Shown here piece by piece: positions 57,893 to 64,000 of a stretch of 64,000 bases of DNA. Source of the DNA: a virus (taxonomy: Duplodnaviria > Heunggongvirae > Uroviricota > Caudoviricetes); IMG/VR virus record IMGVR_UViG_3300015214_000024, positions 137,787 through 201,786 of that record; one strand, written 5' to 3'. How positions within the stretch are numbered: position 1 is the stretch's first letter; each line of letters opens with the position of its first letter. The notes under the pieces are model-generated. The model did not search any database, was not told where the DNA came from, and worked only from the letters and a program-made list of their open reading frames with translations. A program made the position numbers and the translations under genes.

Positions 57893-58071
57893 TTATCCAT
57901 CGTCTAAACGTGGTACTAACGATAGGGAGTGATCACCTGACAATAGGTCGATTGAAAATTAGTATTGAAATCTACCAATCACGTGTAAGGTAGAAAGTAA
58001 AGAAATGTTTCTTTCAGTTAGGACGCCGCCCGTGGAGGGCGGAAATATCAGCACACTGATTGGATAAACCA
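57893..58071 (+). ncRNA. tRNA-like RNA with a ~110-nt D-loop insertion, loop CGTGGAG, reduced T loop, CCA end
   Basis: TTATCCA/TGGATAA-A-CCA; GTCT...GGAC; CCGCC-CGTGGAG-GGCGG. Confidence 0.55.
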
Positions 58072-58185
58072 ATGTGTAGCTTAATTGTTGAGGATTTATT
58101 TTCAACAATTAGTTCGTAAGAATGTTCACCGTATGGTGTAGGACGTTCGGGATATAATTGCGGGGAGGGGCATTATATCATTCAT

Positions 58186-58261
58186 CTAGATGTGGGAAAG
58201 TTGGTAATCCGCCTGTTTCGGGAACAGGAGACCGCCGGTTCGAGCCCGGCCCTCTAGACCA
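58186..58261 (+). tRNA. tRNA-Pro(CGG)
   Basis: CCTGT-TTCGGGA-ACAGG; GCCGG-TTCGAGC-CCGGC; CCA. Confidence 0.88.
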
Positions 58262-58325
58262 ATTCTTGACATAGCATTGAACTAATGCTATTAGATTTCT
58301 ATTAACAATTTAGCTCAGAAAGGAT

Positions 58326-59591
58326 ATGGCGATGTATGATCAGTATGTATGCGTAATGTTCCCGTATCCTAGTGGCGCTGGCCTGCATTTGGGTCATTAT
58401 TACAACTATGCTGTAATTGACTCATATGCTAGGTGGCAGCGTTTTAAAGGTCAGACGGTTTTTCAACCTTTTGGTTATGATGCTTTTGGCTTGCCTGCAG
58501 AAAACTATGCTCGCCAAATTGGCGGTGATCCTAGAACAATAACTAATCAAAATATTCAAAATTTCCGTAAACAAATGCGAAATATGAATACTTTGTATGA
58601 CGAACAGTTGGTTACTTGTGAAACTGATTACGTTAAGTGGACCCAATGGATCTTTAATGCTTTGAAAGATCGTGGATTAGCATACAAAGCTTGGGGTGAA
58701 GTAAATTGGTGTGAACAGTGCGGGACCGTGTTGGCTAATGAACAAGCGCAAAATGGCATTTGTGAACGCCACGGAACTCCTGTTGAAAAACGTCAAATGA
58801 ATCAGTGGTATTTCAAGATTACTGATTATACTGATCGATTGATTAAGAATTTGGACTGGATTGATTATCCGGAAGGGACTAAGAAGCAACAGCGCAAATG
58901 GTTGGAGGATCAGCAAGATTGGTGTGTCAGTCGTCAGCGTTCTTGGGGCTGTCCTATACCAATTGAAGGTGAAACTGACACCTTGGACACTTTTGTTGAC
59001 TCTTCATTTTATTTCTTGCGCTATTTGACTAAAAGTGAAGATGAGTTTTTGCCAGCTGATCAATACAAGCAAGTCGATCTGTATGTTGGTGGCCCAGAAC
59101 ACGCTTGTATGCATTTGATATATGCTCGTTTTATTCATATGGTTTTGTTTGATATGGGAATTGTTCCTGAAGAAGAGCCATTTAAGAAAGTTATTCATCA
59201 GGGTATGATTACCAAGGATGGGAACAAGATGAGCAAAAGTAAAGGTAATGCCGTTAGTCCTGATGACTATGATCCTGACGAATTGAGAATGTATTTGATG
59301 TTCTTGGGGCCATATTTTGAAGGTGGGGATTGGAGTGACCAGCATATTGTTGGTGTTCGCCGCTTCTTCAATAGGATGAAAACTTGGTTGGGAGAAGCTG
59401 GCACTGAAAATATTGACACTTCTCAGTTGGAAAATCAAATTGATCATTATGTTTCTACTTTCAAATTTAATAAAGTAGTTTCAAGTTTTATGGAATTTAT
59501 GAACAAAAATAAATCCAAAAAAGTTGATAATGAAACTCGAAATAAAATTGTCAGAATGTTGACTAATTTTGCCCCAGGGTTTCGAATTTAA
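58326..59591 (+). CDS. leuS: Minimal leucyl-tRNA synthetase (no CP1 editing or C-terminal domain)
   Basis: MFPYPSG.GLHLGH, GYDAFGLPAEN, TVLANEQ, DWCVSRQR.WG.PIP, DTLDTFVDSS.YF, GG.EHA..HL.YARF, KMSKSKGN. Confidence 0.93.
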   Translation: MAMYDQYVCVMFPYPSGAGLHLGHYYNYAVIDSYARWQRFKGQTVFQPFGYDAFGLPAENYARQIGGDPRTITNQNIQNFRKQMRNMNTLYDEQLVTCETDYVKWTQWIFNALKDRGLAYKAWGEVNWCEQCGTVLANEQAQNGICERHGTPVEKRQMNQWYFKITDYTDRLIKNLDWIDYPEGTKKQQRKWLEDQQDWCVSRQRSWGCPIPIEGETDTLDTFVDSSFYFLRYLTKSEDEFLPADQYKQVDLYVGGPEHACMHLIYARFIHMVLFDMGIVPEEEPFKKVIHQGMITKDGNKMSKSKGNAVSPDDYDPDELRMYLMFLGPYFEGGDWSDQHIVGVRRFFNRMKTWLGEAGTENIDTSQLENQIDHYVSTFKFNKVVSSFMEFMNKNKSKKVDNETRNKIVRMLTNFAPGFRI

Positions 59592-59770
59592 GTAGTTGAC
59601 AGTGAATAGATTGTTTGCTACTATGAATACATAAGCAGTTAAGCAGTTTTGGTCCACGGTGGTTCCAGCAAATGTTGGAGGGTAGATGGTTCGAATCCAT
59701 TTAAGAAAACCTGGGTTAGGTTTAAACCAAAAGAGCGTTCAAATCGCTCCGCCAAAAACCGTTTAATTAT

Positions 59771-59789
59771 TATGCCCACTTGGCGGAAT
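59771..59789 (+). repeat. 19-bp direct repeat of the 5' end of tRNA-Leu (second copy 60706..60724)
   Basis: TATGCCCACTTGGCGGAAT occurs twice, flanking an ORF and the HNH gene. Confidence 0.85.
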
Positions 59790-59795
59790 TTGAAT

Positions 59796-60035
59796 ATGAT
59801 AAACCTTGAAAATATTGTTGAATCTCTCAAAAGGCAATATCCTGAATATGATTATGAGATATTGAATAATAAGATTGGAATCTGGGATCCTCCTGGAAAC
59901 CATTATAAAGGAAGATACCATATACAAATTGCAGAATGTGAAATAACTGAAGACAAAAATTATGATCATAATTTTTGGATAGATTTTTTAGAAAAATGTA
60001 TCTTTATTCATAGAATGAATAAGTATAATTTTTAA
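59796..60035 (+). CDS. Hypothetical protein
   Basis: MINLEN start chosen because the upstream part of the ORF overlaps RNA-like sequence. Confidence 0.5.
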   Translation: MINLENIVESLKRQYPEYDYEILNNKIGIWDPPGNHYKGRYHIQIAECEITEDKNYDHNFWIDFLEKCIFIHRMNKYNF

Positions 60036-60078
60036 TTAAAATTTGCGTCAACTATAAATAAAGCTAAAAGGTAACTTT

Positions 60079-60705
60079 ATGCTTTGTGATTATGGTTGCG
60101 AACAGGAATCAAATTTTGTTCTTAAAAATGGTAAAAATTGTTGCGCAAAGAGTCAAAATTCATGTCCTGCAATAAGGGCTAAGACTGGGGCAACTGTTAA
60201 GCATCAATTTAAATCTGGCAGTAGAAAACGTCAACCATATGTTTATGCTGATTTGCCTGATGAAACAAAAGAGAGAATGAAATGGAACAAAGGAAAAGAA
60301 ATTGTTCCAAACGAAATTGTGTTTGCTGAAAATAGCAAATATGATAATGATGTGGTTAAAAAAAGAATTTTACAAAACAATCTTTTAGATTATAAATGTG
60401 CCGAATGTGAGTTGACAGAATGGCAAGGCAAAAGTATAGTGTTGGAGTTAGAACACTGCAACGGCGTTCGAAACGATCATAGGATTGAAAACTTAAAGTT
60501 TTTGTGTCCAAATTGCCACTCACAAACGGAAACGTTTAGAGGAAGAAACAAAAACACTGGAAAAGTTATTGTTACTGATGAAGAGTTGTTGACAGCGTTA
60601 AAGTCGACTGCTAATATAAGACAAGCTTTACAGAGTGTAGGACTTGCTGCTAAAGGCGGAAATTATGCTCGAGTTAAAGCTTTAAAATTAAAGTTTAATG
60701 TTTAA
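60079..60705 (+). CDS. HNH homing endonuclease
   Basis: CAEC..W, LELEHCNG..ND.R.ENL..LCPNCHSQT; TATAAATA upstream. Confidence 0.88.
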   Translation: MLCDYGCEQESNFVLKNGKNCCAKSQNSCPAIRAKTGATVKHQFKSGSRKRQPYVYADLPDETKERMKWNKGKEIVPNEIVFAENSKYDNDVVKKRILQNNLLDYKCAECELTEWQGKSIVLELEHCNGVRNDHRIENLKFLCPNCHSQTETFRGRNKNTGKVIVTDEELLTALKSTANIRQALQSVGLAAKGGNYARVKALKLKFNV

Positions 60706-60708
60706 TAT

Positions 60709-60864
60709 GCCCACTTGGCGGAATGGTAGACGCCAGGGACTTGTCGGAAAGAAACCTTAGGGTTTAGAACGCCACTTAGTATGGCGACGGTGCGAATCCG
60801 GAATCCGAAAGCTAAAATCCCTTGCCCTTTGGGCGTACCGGTTCGAGTCCGGTAGTGGGTACCA
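60709..60864 (+). tRNA. tRNA-Leu(TAA) interrupted by a 71-nt structured insert in the anticodon loop
   Basis: GCCCACT/AGTGGGT-A-CCA; AGGGA-CT[60742..60812]TAAAA-TCCCT; long variable arm. Confidence 0.82.
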
Positions 60865-61021
60865 AATGAGAAGTCGTATGGTTGGTTTCATACTACTTGA
60901 ATGATATAAATTGGGTTAACACAGTTTATATCAAACAAGCTGTCCCTGATAAGCCATATGTGGGAAGATAAGCTGCCCATTTGACTATGTAGCTTGAGTT
61001 ATTGTAAACGGAGATATAGTA

Positions 61022-61213
61022 ATGACTGCTGCTACTTTTGCTGGACTACTTGTTATTATGTATGTCCTTTTTGTAATTGGTAAAGTTCTTGAAAACTACT
61101 TGCCTCAGAAGCAGCCAAGTTATGTTAGTGGCGCTGGCGCACCGGAACCTTCAGCAGAGGCTAAGGAAGCTGCCCGTCGTTATAGAGAGCAGAACCTAAA
61201 TCCGTTTTATTGA
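61022..61213 (+). CDS. Small membrane protein
   Basis: GGAG SD, N-terminal TM helix. Confidence 0.6.
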   Translation: MTAATFAGLLVIMYVLFVIGKVLENYLPQKQPSYVSGAGAPEPSAEAKEAARRYREQNLNPFY

Positions 61214-61214
61214 T

Positions 61215-61379
61215 ATGAAAAATCAAGAACCAACGGATGAACAAATAAATGATTACTTGGTTGGTAATCCGCATGAAAGTTGGTTTACAGCCAGAGAGAA
61301 ATTAAGAGATAAAGCTTATTCAGAAGATCACAAGAAACCGGAAGGTATGACTTGGGGTGAATATTGGAAAAGCTTTTAA
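61215..61379 (+). CDS. Small hypothetical protein
   Basis: MKNQEPTDEQINDYL...WGEYWKSF* read directly from the sequence. Confidence 0.5.
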   Translation: MKNQEPTDEQINDYLVGNPHESWFTAREKLRDKAYSEDHKKPEGMTWGEYWKSF

Positions 61380-61495
61380 AAGTTCGCACTGCCCGATATG
61401 AGTAACACTGAAAAGTGAAAAACTCGGAATTACTTAGCCCAAACACTTTGGGATGCAAAGACGGTAAGGAAAAAGGAAGTGACGGTGCGAAACTT

Positions 61496-61582
61496 GCGGG
61501 TATGGCGGAATTGGTAGACGCGACTGACTCAAAATCAGTTTCCCGAAAGGGAGTGGGGGTTCGAGTCCCTCTACCCGCACCA
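61496..61582 (+). tRNA. tRNA-Leu(CAA)
   Basis: ACTGA-CTCAAAA-TCAGT, long variable arm, CCA. Confidence 0.93.
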
Positions 61583-61762
61583 AACTGGAAGGATTTAAAT
61601 CTTAGCAGTTTGACCTATTTGAATGCTATGTTAGATTAAACTGGCCTAAAGCTGCCAATCCTAACGGATCGTGGCATAGCAAACAAGTGGGACTGCTAAA
61701 CGTACTAAGCGGGATTGGAACATGTGCGTGACTTTGCTAAGTTTCAGAGTAAATTTAGCTAT

Positions 61763-61800
61763 TCTTCAGTGGTGGAACTGGTAAACACATTAGACTAAAT
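61763..61800 (+). pseudogene. Orphan 5' half of a Leu-type tRNA, truncated by the endonuclease gene
   Basis: TCTTCAG-TG-GTGGAACTGGTAAACAC-A-TTAGA-CT; no matching 3' half seen. Confidence 0.55.
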
Positions 61801-61805
61801 ACATT

Positions 61806-62384
61806 ATGAAGAATAATTGGAAAGAAATTCAGGAATATTACGACAAAGGTTTTAGTATTCGAGAATTGGTTGCACATTTTAAAATTTCGACTAAGTCAAT
61901 ACATCTCGCTAAAAAGCGTGGCGAGTTTGTGACCAGATCAAAATCAGAGAGTGCTTTATTAGTAAAGAAAAAATTTGGCCAGAAGGTATTGTCAAAATCC
62001 CATAAAGATAATATATCTAATGGTATGAGGGCGGCCCATAAAAATGGTAATGCTTGGAATATTGGCCAAAGTAGATGGAATAATGAACCAAGTTGGCCAG
62101 AACAATTTTTTATGAATGTGGTCGCAAATGAATTTGACGACAAGAATTATGAATATGAAAAACCATTTCATAAATTTAGTTTAGATTTTGTTTGGGAGCA
62201 TAAAAAGAAAGTAATAGAAATTGATGGTGAACAGCACGATCGCTGCTTTGAGCAACGTAGACGTGATGAGGAAAAAGATTCGTTACTCCATCAATATGGA
62301 TATGAAATTTTACGTATCAGGTGGAAAGATATGTTTAATGATCCAAAAGTTTATATTAAACTTGCAAAAGATTTTATAAACTAA
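61806..62384 (+). CDS. DUF559/Vsr-like homing endonuclease with NUMOD3-like segment
   Basis: PSWPE, FSLDF, IEIDGEQH, RD..KD..L...G..ILRI.W. Confidence 0.85.
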   Translation: MKNNWKEIQEYYDKGFSIRELVAHFKISTKSIHLAKKRGEFVTRSKSESALLVKKKFGQKVLSKSHKDNISNGMRAAHKNGNAWNIGQSRWNNEPSWPEQFFMNVVANEFDDKNYEYEKPFHKFSLDFVWEHKKKVIEIDGEQHDRCFEQRRRDEEKDSLLHQYGYEILRIRWKDMFNDPKVYIKLAKDFIN

Positions 62385-62387
62385 TAT

Positions 62388-62459
62388 TCCGATGTAGCTC
62401 AGCGGTAGAGTCGGTGACTGTTAATCACTTTGTCGGAGGTTCGAATCCTTCCATCGGAG
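62388..62459 (+). tRNA. tRNA-Asn(GTT)
   Basis: GGTGA-CTGTTAA-TCACT; TCCGATG/CATCGGA-G. Confidence 0.92.
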
Positions 62460-62475
62460 CAAAAAGGAAAATGGT

Positions 62476-62733
62476 ATGACTTGGATGATTTATCCAGATA
62501 ATATTCCAACAGAATCAGGTTATTATATGACTTTATATTATAATCCTGAACGTAATGAAGAGCTTTACAAAGCTCTTTGGTTTAGTGTTGATATTGGTAA
62601 ATGGACTGGACCTTGGCCTTGGAATTATGAATATGGGAAAGAATTTACGACCACTGATGGTCATAAAGCTCGTCCTATAATTTGGAAGGGTATTGATGTA
62701 AAGAAATATCAACCATTATCAAAAGCTCGATAA
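62476..62733 (+). CDS. Hypothetical protein
   Basis: AAGGA SD; W....P.ESGYY motif. Confidence 0.6.
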   Translation: MTWMIYPDNIPTESGYYMTLYYNPERNEELYKALWFSVDIGKWTGPWPWNYEYGKEFTTTDGHKARPIIWKGIDVKKYQPLSKAR

Positions 62734-62930
62734 TATACCCAATGTGTGTATATTGAAGGATAAAAGAAAAGATATCGGCACCTAGTTGGTCGCCGGCGTA
62801 CTATGTGAGCACAAAACCAAATAGGTATCAGATATTTGGCACAAAAGCGTCACACATAAGCGGTTTGGGAGGAGGTCCGCGGTCTTTTCAATTTTTCCAT
62901 AAATATCTAAAAGATTTGTGGAGATCAAAA

Positions 62931-63380
62931 ATGAAATTATTTGAAATAGATCAAATGAAACTTGCTGCTAAAATGCAAGCCATTATTGATGATCCGAACA
63001 CTAATGAAAATGTTAGAGCAGTAGCTAAATCAAAACTTCAACAGCTTATTGATAGTAAAGCTGGCCAAAACGTAACTTATGCTTATACTGATTTTGGTGC
63101 TACTCAAAAGATTAAAGATTACAATAAGGTTTTTATGGTAATTGATCGAACCGTAATAACTTTTAGAGATATGGTTGATTCCATTAGAAAAGTTAATACA
63201 ACTTTTGTTGATTTTGACAATGGGACAACTGATAGTAAATCACCATCAATTATACTTAAAGTCAAAGACGATGGCAATGATGTGAGTGATATAATAAAAA
63301 ATTCTATTAAATCATCTAAATTTACAGTGTCAACAGTTGACAAAATAGATGATAATATGTATAAAGCATATATACAGTGA
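62931..63380 (+). CDS. Hypothetical late protein
   Basis: ATAAATA motif, GGAG SD, MKLFE start. Confidence 0.6.
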   Translation: MKLFEIDQMKLAAKMQAIIDDPNTNENVRAVAKSKLQQLIDSKAGQNVTYAYTDFGATQKIKDYNKVFMVIDRTVITFRDMVDSIRKVNTTFVDFDNGTTDSKSPSIILKVKDDGNDVSDIIKNSIKSSKFTVSTVDKIDDNMYKAYIQ

Positions 63381-63464
63381 ATAGAAAATGTGGATTGAAC
63401 AATTTATTGCGTCCGTTTTAAAGTTAAGTGAACTTGAAGCGAAGATCATTTCTTATCCATAAAT

Positions 63465-63541
63465 CGGGGATTGGCCTAGTCTGGTAAGGCGCTTGCTTTG
63501 GGTGCAAGAGATCGCGAGTTCGAATCCCGCATCCCCGACCA
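63465..63541 (+). tRNA. tRNA-Pro(TGG)
   Basis: CTTGC-TTTGGGT-GCAAG; CGGGGAT/ATCCCCG-A-CCA. Confidence 0.93.
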
Positions 63542-63561
63542 ATCTTTAAGAAAGATGGCTT

Positions 63562-63756
63562 ATGAATGTTTATGTAGTTGTACTGCATACTAACAGTGTA
63601 GATTATGATTCTGGTTTGGTTGATGAATTCACTGACATCGTAAAGGTCTTTTCAACCCCCAATAAAGCAAATGATTTTCTAGAGGGGAAGCCTAAATCAT
63701 CCTCGGGCCCATTCAGCAAATGGTTTACTATTGAATCATATGAGGTAATTGAATAA
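63562..63756 (+). CDS. Hypothetical protein
   Basis: MNVYVVV..IVKVFST..KA motif. Confidence 0.6.
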   Translation: MNVYVVVLHTNSVDYDSGLVDEFTDIVKVFSTPNKANDFLEGKPKSSSGPFSKWFTIESYEVIE

Positions 63757-64000
63757 TGGCCTTTGAATGTAACAAGTGTTGGCTCGTTCCCTGTGAATGT
63801 GGTGAACAATACAAAAATATGACAGTGTATCAACTTGAAAAACTTAGAAAGATCCTGAACGACGTTATTAGAAATAGGGTTTATGAGGATTATAAACGTG
63901 ATCAATCGTGGGAAGGGCCGGGGAACAGATAAATGAAAAATGGTAAAGTAGCAGCAATAATTTCAGTAATGAAGAAGCACGGGTTTGTCGTTAGTTCAGA

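Noticed and set aside
58285-58305. Micro-ORF MLLDFY upstream of LeuRS as a Leu sensor
   Set aside because: No SD, it overlaps the -10 region of a TTGACA promoter, and no terminator follows; the inverted repeat ATAGCATT/AATGCTAT there is more likely an operator or hairpin
60742-60812. Group I intron in tRNA-Leu(TAA)
   Set aside because: 71 nt is too short and no P7 core sequences were recognised
42337-61639. Short ORF-track calls overlapping tRNAs or RNA elements (42337-, 42617-, 43132+, 43361-, 44012-, 45528+, 45552-, 54822-, 56369-, 56682-, 61415+)
   Set aside because: Shadow ORFs arising from GC-rich RNA genes, with no SD or recognisable motifs
1-64000. Genome-wide TAG recoding implied by the CTA tRNA
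   Set aside because: Conserved genes are full length under the standard code
1-64000. CRISPR array or rRNA
   Set aside because: No regularly spaced repeats or rRNA-like sequence seen

Overview
AT-rich fragment of a T4-like (myovirus) jumbo phage; an alphaproteobacterial host is plausible but is only an inference. The left ~41 kb carries: the tail sheath 3' end; replication genes (DnaE fragment, clamp loader, type II topoisomerase); chaperone/proteolysis genes (Hsp20, GroES, DnaJ, ClpA); lysis genes (spanins, GH19 endolysin); NAD salvage (NadM-Nudix + Nampt); ADP-ribose-reversing enzymes; a 2H phosphoesterase; a Ro60/TROVE gene with an upstream ncRNA; and translation genes (Thg1, peptide deformylase, IF3). 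The right ~23 kb holds two tRNA clusters and three minimal aminoacyl-tRNA synthetases. Main observation: these translation-support genes appear to be wired to ribosome-based sensors of aminoacyl-tRNA supply. (1) A His/Tyr/Glu-rich leader peptide plus attenuator precedes a cluster whose canonical tRNAs are all His, Tyr or Glu. (2) A Leu/Asn/Pro-rich leader peptide plus attenuator precedes a cluster of Leu, Asn and Pro tRNAs and a mini-LeuRS. (3) The mini-HisRS is split by a prfB-like +1 frameshift cassette whose A-site codon is His. (4) ThrRS has a Thr-rich leader and hairpin. The clusters also contain many non-canonical tRNA-like RNAs and free-standing homing endonucleases. All calls are by eye from motifs; no searches or folding programs were run.
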